Below the pieces are notes generated by a model that was given only the letters and a program-made list of their open reading frames with translations, was not told the origin of the DNA and made no database searches. This document shows, piece by piece, positions 52,564 through 62,100 of a stretch of DNA of 64,000 bases; within the stretch, counting starts at the first letter, position 1, and each line of letters begins with the position of its first letter. Origin of the DNA: Methanocaldococcus sp. 16A (GTDB lineage: Archaea > AGJL01 > Methanococci > Methanococcales > Methanocaldococcaceae). A program made the position numbers and the translations under genes. The DNA is taken from the NCBI GenBank assembly GCA_049860595.1, contig CP187551.1, one strand, 5' to 3'.

Positions 52564-53418
52564 ATGATAAAAAAAATTAAATCAAATAAAGGTTATATAT
52601 TTACTTATGAGGCAATAATTGTTGCTTTTATTTTTGTAAGTATATTTTATGTTGTCTATTCAACATATAGCTATAACTTAGGGACTGCAATAGAAGAAAA
52701 AAGAGATACAGAACAATTTCACAAAGCTTTATTATTAAAAGATTTATTTCTAAAAAAATATGAGTTTCCTGGAAATTATAGTGAAGATTATATTCAAAAT
52801 TTTACCTCTGAATTAAACTTACAAGAAAAAACATTCGACCCAATTAATGATTTCAGTAATGATTCTGAAAAATTTTATTTTATAATTCATCCTAATGATT
52901 ACGATGATATGTTAGATAATGCAGACATTTCACTAAATAACATAACATTAACATTTAATAACGGAGAAACTTTTAAAATATATTCTAATGTTATTAATAA
53001 TTATGAACAACCTGATTTAAGTGGTAATACAATAATCACTTTTAAAGAAAATGTATATATTCCAAAAATTACTGGAATATCAAAAAATACAAATGAAATA
53101 GAACTATATGGATGTAATGGAGACCACATTTATTTTAAAGTGAATGAGAATATAACTCATATTTCAGCAAGATTAATTAATACTACAAATAATGAGAATG
53201 TAACAATCAGTATAAATGGTGTTATATATCAAGTTACATTAAGTAATTCAGAAAAATCAATAAATTGCACTCAAAATATTAAAATAAATGATATAAATAC
53301 TATAAGAATATTAAATAGCCCTTCACCAGTAGAATTCAACATATCTACTCAAAATGATGCTAACTTTTACTATCTAACTTTATCTCCAAGGAATGTTACT
53401 ATTATGGTGAAACCATGA
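52564..53418 (+). CDS. Pilus-associated protein with class III-like signal
   Basis: NKG^YIFTYEA plus TM helix. Confidence 0.75.
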   Translation: MIKKIKSNKGYIFTYEAIIVAFIFVSIFYVVYSTYSYNLGTAIEEKRDTEQFHKALLLKDLFLKKYEFPGNYSEDYIQNFTSELNLQEKTFDPINDFSNDSEKFYFIIHPNDYDDMLDNADISLNNITLTFNNGETFKIYSNVINNYEQPDLSGNTIITFKENVYIPKITGISKNTNEIELYGCNGDHIYFKVNENITHISARLINTTNNENVTISINGVIYQVTLSNSEKSINCTQNIKINDINTIRILNSPSPVEFNISTQNDANFYYLTLSPRNVTIMVKP

Positions 53419-53939
53419 TTAACACCTTAGATTTAGCTATAGGTACTACCATTCTACTTATTGGTATGGCTTATTGGACTACTTCAGTTATTGAACATAA
53501 TAACAATTATGTAGATGCTGTTAAATCAGAATATTTATTTGATAAGGGAATTAGTACTATGGAAAAATTATCACAAGATGGCACATTACAGGATGCTGTC
53601 CTATTGTATTATTTTAATAAATCCGATGAGGCTAAAAAGCTTTTAGAGGAAAATATACCATTAGATAACTATATGATTTATATTGATGATAATTTATTAA
53701 TTAATTATTCTAATTCTCCAACAAAAAATTATGTAGTTGTTATAGCAGTTTTAACATTAAATAGGAGTGAGGGATGGTATGTGATATATGGAAATAGCAG
53801 TGAAATCCATATATCTGATAGAAGATTTATGAATTATGAAGAAGCATATAATAATTTTAGTAGTTATGACATAGATATGCCAGTTTATTTATCAAAAAGT
53901 ATAACATCTTCAAAAGTTAAATTATATGTAATGGAATAA
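53415..53939 (+). CDS. Pilus-locus associated membrane-anchored protein
   Basis: N-terminal hydrophobic helix (MINTLDLAIG...); ATGA overlap with previous gene. Confidence 0.7.
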   Translation: MINTLDLAIGTTILLIGMAYWTTSVIEHNNNYVDAVKSEYLFDKGISTMEKLSQDGTLQDAVLLYYFNKSDEAKKLLEENIPLDNYMIYIDDNLLINYSNSPTKNYVVVIAVLTLNRSEGWYVIYGNSSEIHISDRRFMNYEEAYNNFSSYDIDMPVYLSKSITSSKVKLYVME

Positions 53940-53955
53940 TTTTAGTGTGATTTTT

Positions 53956-54540
53956 ATGTATCTTTCACAAAATGCTATAATATTGGTTTTATTAATGTTT
54001 ATAACTTCGGCAATATATTATGCTACACTACAATCTGAAACCAAAGCAGTTGAAGATGAGATTAAAATAAAAAAATTAAGTTTATATGAGAAAAATTTGT
54101 TAAATACTTTAGAAAGAAATATTGATAAAATTGTTAATGATGCATTTATAAATGCAAGCTATAAAATAATGAGTGAAAAAAAGTTCTTTAATAACTCAGA
54201 AGAAGCAAAAAATTATATTAATTCCTATATAATAAATGAGACTAATAGGACATTGTTATGTGTAAATGACCTTTCTTTAAATATTACATATCAAATTAAA
54301 GATGTAACAATAACTAACACAACTAATCCTCTTATTATGCACATTGATATGAACATTGACTTAACATATAAAAAAACATTAAATAATGTGGTATTACAAG
54401 CTAATAAAACAATAACTATTAACAAAAATATTAAATTATCAAGAATTCCGGACCCTTATGTATACGTTAATTATGGAATATCTCAATACTACAATGGAAC
54501 ATATCCAATATTTAATTTATTTGCTAATGAAACTAATTAA
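53956..54540 (+). CDS. Pilus-locus associated membrane-anchored protein
   Basis: MYLSQNAII N-terminal anchor, LSRIPDPY motif. Confidence 0.7.
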   Translation: MYLSQNAIILVLLMFITSAIYYATLQSETKAVEDEIKIKKLSLYEKNLLNTLERNIDKIVNDAFINASYKIMSEKKFFNNSEEAKNYINSYIINETNRTLLCVNDLSLNITYQIKDVTITNTTNPLIMHIDMNIDLTYKKTLNNVVLQANKTITINKNIKLSRIPDPYVYVNYGISQYYNGTYPIFNLFANETN

Positions 54541-54548
54541 TATAATAT

Positions 54549-55475
54549 TTATACAAAACTTTTTGCAGCAATAACCATATTTTTTAATTTATTAAAAGCA
54601 ACATCTATCGGCAATAACCTCATTCCACAATCAGGGTCTATTAAAATATTTTCAGATAAATTTTTATTTAATTTTTCATTATTTTTTAATATCTCTAATC
54701 CTTCCTCTATCAAGCTTTTTATCTCATCAACACTTTCAACCTTTTTAATTTTTGTATTTACACAACCAAAGCCTACTTTCTTTTCTATACTTTCTAAAAT
54801 ATCCAAATTTTTTTTATTTGAAGCGAATTCATGGTCTAAAATATCCACGTTAAATTTATTTAGTTCGTCAATAATATTATATACATCCCCACATACATGC
54901 ATGACAAACTTAATATCTAAACCATTAACTATAATATCTATAGCCTTTCTTGCTACATCAAAATCATATAAACCAGTTGATAGTATTGGTTCATCAATCT
55001 GTATTATTGGAACATGCTTTTTTAGTGCCTCAACCTCCTTCCTAAGAGCTTTAGCAATATCATAAATTAAATTTTCATCTTTGTTATCTGAGTAATAACT
55101 TTCAACCCTAACAGACGAAGCTATTGTACAAGGTCCTGTTATAATACCTTTAACTTCAACATTTGGGTTGAGTTTTTTAGCTATATTCTTAGCATATAAA
55201 ATATCTTTTAGTGTTATTGGTTTTATAAACTCTATTTTGCCAAGAACTCTCTTTCCATCAAAACCATACATATTGTTTGTAAAAATCTCAACCATGTCTC
55301 CCCTAACTTGCCCATCGCTTATAATTTCAATCCCTGCTTTAACTTGGTCTTCAACTGCTCTTTCAATAGCATATTTATATTCGTCATATAAACCAAGTGC
55401 TTTTTTTACCTTATCTAAAAATGTTTCTTCCTTTTTAACTACTGGATAACTACCAACAACTGTTGTTATCATCAT
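54549..55475 (-). CDS. metE: Core (MetE C-terminal type) methionine synthase
   Basis: TTVVGSYP, DGQVR, QIDEP, HVCG, PDCG. Confidence 0.92.
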   Translation of the reverse strand: MMITTVVGSYPVVKKEETFLDKVKKALGLYDEYKYAIERAVEDQVKAGIEIISDGQVRGDMVEIFTNNMYGFDGKRVLGKIEFIKPITLKDILYAKNIAKKLNPNVEVKGIITGPCTIASSVRVESYYSDNKDENLIYDIAKALRKEVEALKKHVPIIQIDEPILSTGLYDFDVARKAIDIIVNGLDIKFVMHVCGDVYNIIDELNKFNVDILDHEFASNKKNLDILESIEKKVGFGCVNTKIKKVESVDEIKSLIEEGLEILKNNEKLNKNLSENILIDPDCGMRLLPIDVAFNKLKNMVIAAKSFV

Positions 55476-55578
55476 TACCACCATACAAAAAAAATCTTAA
55501 ACAACAACAATATAAATTATTATATTAGTATTTTGATATTATATTACTAATAAAAATTTCAGTTTTTGGTGAGATATT

Positions 55579-56364
55579 ATGGGAACATACAATCTTAGTC
55601 CAGATTTAGACCCAAGAAAAGACCATATACTTTATAAAGATAATGAACACATGGTAGTATATTTAGGAACATTTTCAGGAGGTAGCACTACTGGTAACCA
55701 TAGTGATGTTGATGTTAATAGCTACTTAATAATAAATAAGGGTAAAGGGTTCTTGTTAGACCCAGGAGGATATAGAATATTTCCAAAAGTTCTTTCAAAT
55801 ATTTCTAAATATATAAATCCAAAAAATGTTGAATATATTTATATGTGCCACCAAGACCCTGATGTGGCAGGAAGTATTCCTCTTTGGAGAACAATAACCA
55901 ATGCTAAACTTGTAATTAGTTGGCTTTGGGTTAGGTTTTTACCACACTTTGGATTTGAAGAGGTGGAGAGTGTAGCGTATCCTCTCCCTGATGAAGGAGA
56001 AACTCTAAAATTTGGTTCAACAACTTTAGAATTTATACCTGCACACTTCCTTCATAGTCCAGGGCATTTTACAATATATGATAGAAGGAGTAAATTCTTA
56101 TTTACTGGAGATATTGGAATAGCAATGTTAGACGAGCCTATATTAGTAGTTGAAAATATGGAAAAACATATTCAAGCTATGAAACCACTTCATGAAAGAT
56201 TAATGGCAAGCAATATAGCAATAAAAAATTGGCTTAAAAAAGTTCGTGGTTTAGATATTGAAGCTATTGTGCCCCAACATGGCGGTATTATTCCAAAAAA
56301 ACATGTTAATAGATTTTTTAACTTCTTAGATACTTTGAAATGTGGTGTTGATTTAATGAGGTGA
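55579..56364 (+). CDS. ODP-like (oxygen-binding di-iron, MBL-fold) protein
   Basis: [28 protein letters not shown]; no flavodoxin domain; next to an MCP. Confidence 0.82.
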   Translation: MGTYNLSPDLDPRKDHILYKDNEHMVVYLGTFSGGSTTGNHSDVDVNSYLIINKGKGFLLDPGGYRIFPKVLSNISKYINPKNVEYIYMCHQDPDVAGSIPLWRTITNAKLVISWLWVRFLPHFGFEEVESVAYPLPDEGETLKFGSTTLEFIPAHFLHSPGHFTIYDRRSKFLFTGDIGIAMLDEPILVVENMEKHIQAMKPLHERLMASNIAIKNWLKKVRGLDIEAIVPQHGGIIPKKHVNRFFNFLDTLKCGVDLMR

Positions 56365-56369
56365 GTTTT

Positions 56370-57122
56370 ATGAGTATGGATGATGTAATAAAAGCTTCTG
56401 AAGTTCTTTCAAATGCCGTAAGATTGGAGGCGGGCAATAAAGAAACCTCAAAAATAATAAATGAATTGGCTGAAGAAATTAGTGGAAAATTCTTAGAAAA
56501 TAACAATGCCATTATTGAAAACCTTAACAAACTCTCACATATTGTAAATGAACTTGAAAAATTTAGAAATGATTTTTTACCATTTTTTCAAAAGCTTGAA
56601 AATTTTGCAAATGAATTTAGCAAGCTCGTTAAAAATCTTGAATATATATCTGAAATAAGTAATTCAATAAGCAATGTAGCAAAACAAACTAATTTAGTAG
56701 CATTAAACGCATCAATTGAAGCTGAAAGGGCTAAAGAATACGGGAGAGGATTTGCAGTTGTTGCTGATGAAATAAGAAGAATGGCTACTCAAACGATGAA
56801 TCTCACAAAAGAAATTAAAAGATTTAATTCTGAAGTAATGAATGAATTAGAATCTTTAAAAGAGGTCTTGGATGTTATAGACAAAATAAAAGAAGGTACA
56901 GAAATTTTGGGTAAAGATATTAATGAAATTATTGAAATAAGTAAGACATTAGATAAAATTTCAAAAGAACAGGACATTGTAGTTCATGATATAAAAGGTC
57001 TAAGTGGGATATCAATAGCATTAGAAGCCTTCAGTGAACTACAAGAAAAATTTAATAAAGATTTAAGTGACCTTTTAATTCAACTATCTGCTAAAGTTTC
57101 TAAAGAAGAAGAAAAAAAATAA
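56370..57122 (+). CDS. Soluble methyl-accepting chemotaxis protein (signalling domain, no TM)
   Basis: [37 protein letters not shown] hairpin-tip motif. Confidence 0.92.
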   Translation: MSMDDVIKASEVLSNAVRLEAGNKETSKIINELAEEISGKFLENNNAIIENLNKLSHIVNELEKFRNDFLPFFQKLENFANEFSKLVKNLEYISEISNSISNVAKQTNLVALNASIEAERAKEYGRGFAVVADEIRRMATQTMNLTKEIKRFNSEVMNELESLKEVLDVIDKIKEGTEILGKDINEIIEISKTLDKISKEQDIVVHDIKGLSGISIALEAFSELQEKFNKDLSDLLIQLSAKVSKEEEKK

Positions 57123-57279
57123 ATTAATATTTATTAAAGTTTCTTAATTAATATATTCTTTATTGTAAATTGTTAATATCTTTTTATTTTTTTCAGATAT
57201 CACTTTAATATGTCTTTTTTAATACAATGTTTAATAAAGTCTCTAATAGAAAATTTCTATAAACTTACAATTATTCAAT

Positions 57280-57320
57280 TATAGGACTTTTGTAGTATAT
57301 ATTATTAAATTTGAAAGTTT
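57280..57320. repeat. Partial family A repeat
   Basis: TATAGGACTTTTGTAGTATATATT. Confidence 0.5.
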
Positions 57321-57358
57321 AACATATTTAATATTTAACTAATATAGGATGTGGGACT

Positions 57359-57856
57359 ATGAAGATTAAGGTGTTAGATGCTTCAGCTATTATTCATGGA
57401 TACAACCCAATTATAGAAGAGGGATTACACTATATAACCCCAGAAGTTTTGGAAGAGATAGAATCAAAAAAAATTATTGTTGAACAGGCACTAAATTTTG
57501 GAAAATTGAAAATTATGAGTCCTAATAAGGAATGTATAAAAAAGGTTGAAGAAGTTGTTAAAAAAACTGGAGATAATTTATCTCAGCAAGATATTGGCAT
57601 CTTAGCTTTAGCTTTAAATTTAAATGCTATTTTATACACTGATGACTACGGTATTCAAAATGTGGCTAAAAAATTAAATATTGAAGTTAAAGGAGTTTCT
57701 TTTGAACCAACAGATAAAGATTTTGTTTGGAGGAAGGTTTGTGAAGGTTGTAAAAAACTTTACCCAGTAGATTATAAAGAAGATGTCTGCGAGATTTGTG
57801 GAAGCCTATTAAAAAGGAAGATGGTTAAATCAAGATTAAGGAAAAAGAAGAAATAA
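57359..57856 (+). CDS. nob1: Endoribonuclease Nob1 (PIN domain + zinc ribbon)
   Basis: VLDASA, LSQQD, TDDYGIQN, CEGC...CEICGS. Confidence 0.93.
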   Translation: MKIKVLDASAIIHGYNPIIEEGLHYITPEVLEEIESKKIIVEQALNFGKLKIMSPNKECIKKVEEVVKKTGDNLSQQDIGILALALNLNAILYTDDYGIQNVAKKLNIEVKGVSFEPTDKDFVWRKVCEGCKKLYPVDYKEDVCEICGSLLKRKMVKSRLRKKKK

Positions 57857-57878
57857 CAAAAATAAGCTTAGTGATTAT

Positions 57879-58256
57879 ATGAAAAAGTTAATAGCAAAAA
57901 CAAAGGATGAATTGATTGAAAAAATTAAAGAATGTGAAAATGAGGATGAGATTTATATAAACTTAGAGTTAGATAGAGATGTAGCCATTGCTTTATTGGA
58001 AAATTGTGAGCCAAAGAAGATATATTTGCCAAAATCAAAATATAAGAGGTCTTCAAAGAAAATTATAAAGGCTTTAGAAGGTGTAGATGTTGAAGTTATC
58101 CCTGTAGAAGCAAAAACAGGAAGACCTACAAACGTAGATAAGATTATTAAAAAATATCTCGACAAAAAACCTAAAGAAATTGCTGAAATTACTGGGATTA
58201 ATTTAAAAACTGTTGAATATCATTATTATAAATTAAAAAAGGAAAAGAAACAGTGA
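57879..58256 (+). CDS. Conserved hypothetical protein with C-terminal HTH
   Basis: GRP motif then KEIAEITGINLKTVEYH. Confidence 0.75.
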   Translation: MKKLIAKTKDELIEKIKECENEDEIYINLELDRDVAIALLENCEPKKIYLPKSKYKRSSKKIIKALEGVDVEVIPVEAKTGRPTNVDKIIKKYLDKKPKEIAEITGINLKTVEYHYYKLKKEKKQ

Positions 58257-58260
58257 TATT

Positions 58261-58944
58261 ATGATTTCTGTCATCTTAATTAATCCAAAATACAGTGGAA
58301 ATGTTGGTAGTATAGCAAGAGTTATGATGAATTTTGGATTTGATGAACTTAGAATAGTTGGAGATAAAAGCATAATAAATAATGAAGCCTATATGATGGC
58401 AGTCCATGCAAAGGAAATTTTAGATAATGCCAAATTTTACAAAACCTTTGATGAAGCAATAAAAGATTTAGATTTTGTTATAGCCACTTCAGGGGCAAGA
58501 GGAGGAGATAGAAATTTAAAGAGAGTTCCAATTACTCCAAAAGATTTGGCAAATAAAATCTTAGAGGTTAAAGGAAATATAGGAATTGTTTTTGGTAGGG
58601 AAGATGATGGATTGAGAAATGAAGAGATAGACAAATGTGATTTGTTAGTTTCTATACCAACATCTGAGAAATATCCAATTATGAACTTATCTCATGCTGT
58701 TGCAGTTATCTTATATGAAATTTATGTAAAAAAAGTTGAAAATAGATTTTTAGATATAAGGATGAGGGAAGCTTCAAAAGAAGACAAAGAGCTTTTAATT
58801 AAAAAGTTTAATGAATTTATAGATAAAAATGAAAAAATCCCTGAGCATAAAAAAGAACTCTGCAAAGTCATTTTTAAAAGATTGGTGAATAGAGCTTTTA
58901 TAAGTGGAAAAGAGGCATGGACATTAATGAGTGCATTTAAATAA
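58261..58944 (+). CDS. trmJ: SPOUT-family tRNA 2'-O-methyltransferase (TrmJ-like)
   Basis: GNVGSIARVMMNFG, FGREDDGL, YPIMNLSHAV. Confidence 0.9.
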   Translation: MISVILINPKYSGNVGSIARVMMNFGFDELRIVGDKSIINNEAYMMAVHAKEILDNAKFYKTFDEAIKDLDFVIATSGARGGDRNLKRVPITPKDLANKILEVKGNIGIVFGREDDGLRNEEIDKCDLLVSIPTSEKYPIMNLSHAVAVILYEIYVKKVENRFLDIRMREASKEDKELLIKKFNEFIDKNEKIPEHKKELCKVIFKRLVNRAFISGKEAWTLMSAFK

Positions 58945-59142
58945 TTATTTATTTTTTTACTTAATTTACTTTATTTTTTTAAATGAATTTAATAAATTAA
59001 AGTTAAGTTTATATATTTTTCGGTTTTTAATAAATAGTAAAAGATATATATATAAGATTATTTTTAGATTAATTAATAACAATATATCTATTTTAGAGAA
59101 TTATACTTTAAGATTGTAAAGTAAGTAAATGGTGATAAAATT

Positions 59143-62100
59143 ATGATGAAGGTAGGAAAATATATATTGTTTTTAATTTATTTAACTTTGCTATGTGCTG
59201 GAAGCGTATGGGGGGAGGATATATATAATTTATCATCAGAGACATTTAAATTCAAGTATGTTTTCCCGTTAGTGTATAATCCACCAATATGGGGTACGGA
59301 CTATTATGGTAGTGGGCTTAAAATTATCTCATTAGAACAAGATACTCAAATACTAATTGATGCTAATTTTAACGGTCCAGATAGCTCAGACCCTGTATAT
59401 AATATATCTCCAGGAGGTAGGCTCTATATTGGAGATTTTCCAGACATTTCTAATTATCAAAAAATTAAATGGGATAAAAATCCTATAATAATCTATTCAA
59501 ATAAACCTATTATAATTAGTTTCCAATATGATACTCAGGATTGGGGAGATTACGATGATGCTTACATAACTTATGCTGCTCCACAGCCAGGTACAAAATT
59601 AATAGGTGTTAATGTTAAATCTCTCTATATAACACCAACTGAGAAAGGAACAAACGTATATATTAATGGCAAAAACATGGGGTATATTGAATATGGTCAA
59701 GTTTTGAATGTTAACTTTTCAACACCTCAGACAGTTGTTTTAACTGCTGATTCTCCAATAGTGGCGGTTTCAGTAAATATAGACCCAAGTGTAAGGAGTA
59801 GAACCTATGCCTTTCCACTAATGCCCCCAATGAGTGGAAAGTTTTTGATTCCTAATTCTATTAAAAACTATGCGAAAGATATGAACGCTCTTAGTGTAGA
59901 TGAATACTATGTCGTTTTAGATTCTAATGGAAACATTGTAATGAACCAAACTCTTCCTTCTAATCCACAAGTAATAACTTTAAACAACTCGGAAGTCTTT
60001 GTTTTTAGAACATTTTACTATCAAGATCCATGGGGAGGTAATGCTCCAAGATATGCAATGTGTGCACAGGCAGTTAAACCTGCAGAATATTCTACATTAT
60101 ATGGTGAAATTAGTCCTGTTAATGAACATACCGTAGATACACAACTAAGATTCTATGCTGCTGGCAATGTAACTGTTTATAAAGACTATGGAGCGGATGG
60201 TAGTATAGATTCTGTTGAAACACTACCTGCTGGATCAATATACAAGTTCTCATGTCGAGAGGATCAACCAGATAAGAGAATTGCAATATATGTTTATGGA
60301 AACATTAGTGGATATTGTATATTTGGTATAGGCTGGAGCCATCAAATTGAAGGGGCTGTAGAGAGAGGAAGTTCTCCACAGTTGGTAGTCTCTCAAATCA
60401 CCAACACACCTAAAAAATCTGTAGCAATACTAACAATAGACAAAAACAATCTAAATGAGGATGAATTGAACCTAAAGCAAACTCTTGAAAAATACTATGA
60501 TGTAGATATTCTTGATCCATCAGACTATCAGAAATTTTCAGATTATAAAGTTCTGTACATGAGAGAAGGTTCTGAACCTATAGAATATAACAATGCTACA
60601 GTAATTCAGAGTTTAAAAGATGCTGTCAGGAGCGGTTCTACTTTAATTACTGAAGCTTATGGACATTATTTGATTCAGTATATGGGATTAGGTAGTGTAA
60701 TTATATCTACATACTGGCCTGTTGTACATGATGAATGGTACTATGTTATGCCATGTACTACACATCCTATATTCAATGGAATTCCAACATGGGACAATCC
60801 TGTGCCTCCAGATAAGGAGGAGCAACTTATATTCCGAATAAAACCTGGTACTATACCTATCGTACATGTAAAGATTGATGGAGCTCAGGAAATTAAAGCT
60901 TATATTTTATGGACTACGTATGGATGGCCATATCAAAGTCGAACAGGTCTTGTAAATAAAACACTCTGTGAGATGTTTCCTGGAGCTTGTAGTTCTGAGA
61001 GGTCTGTGATAATTAGAACTATTGCACTTGATAAAAACTACGATGATGGGAAAATATTTGCAGTTGTAGGTTTGGGTAGTAGATCAATAAAATACCTCGA
61101 TAAAATTGGTTATGTTGGAGAGCTTTTAAGGAAAAATGCAGTGATGTATGGTTTGGGTAATACCACTACAACAAATATAACTAATGAAAATGAAACAAGA
61201 AATAGTACAATATCTCAACAACTAATACAGATTCCAAAAAGTGCATATATAGAAGCGTTACATGAAGAAGTAGAAGACCATGTATCATTTGGATGGTTGA
61301 GAGTTGCTCTATTTAATAGTACAGAAATGGGTATAATACCAATTGGAAATACGAAATTAAACATATATTTTGTACTTAATACGCCTTATAAACAAGGAAC
61401 TGTGAAGGTTTATGGGTCCATTATAACCACAGATACTAAATACAACTTTACATATTCTGCAAATGTTTCATCAATATATGACGCTACGAGTGGTATGTAT
61501 GGAATAACAATTCATGGGCTTGATAATATTAAAATCCCTGAAAATCCAAATTTATATGGATTAGGCGTACTTAATTTATCGATTCCTGATCTTGGACTAA
61601 AAATAGTAGCGCCTGTTTATATTACTCCATTTGAATTAATTCCTATTGATAAGTACGGAATTTACGTGAATGAAACATGTAATTATATTAATAATACAGA
61701 GCCTTTATTTATCAGAATAAAATACATTGGTTCTAAGAAGGGATGGCCTGCTATAATATCTATGCCACTCTATGAGCAATATCTTGTTTATAGGTCTTAT
61801 AACAATAGTCCTATATTTGCTAAAGAATTAACATGGAGATTAGCTAAGCTGGAGTTATATGGATTAACTGAGCTTACTAAAAAATATCCTAATGCAAATG
61901 TAATAATAGTAGAAAATGATAATTGTTACAAAAGTACATATTCATACTTTATAAATAATTATATAGGCACTACCGGGTATTACAATTATTGGAAAGATGA
62001 AATATCTAATTTAGTTAATAATTTAATTAGGAGAAATGTAACAATAATAGTTGGTACTGTTCCTCATCCAACATGTTCTTATGAGAGTTATGTAACTACA

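Noticed and set aside
58931-59119. 62-aa ORF between trmJ and the giant gene
   Set aside because: Extremely AT-rich low-complexity intergenic/promoter DNA with no coding signature.
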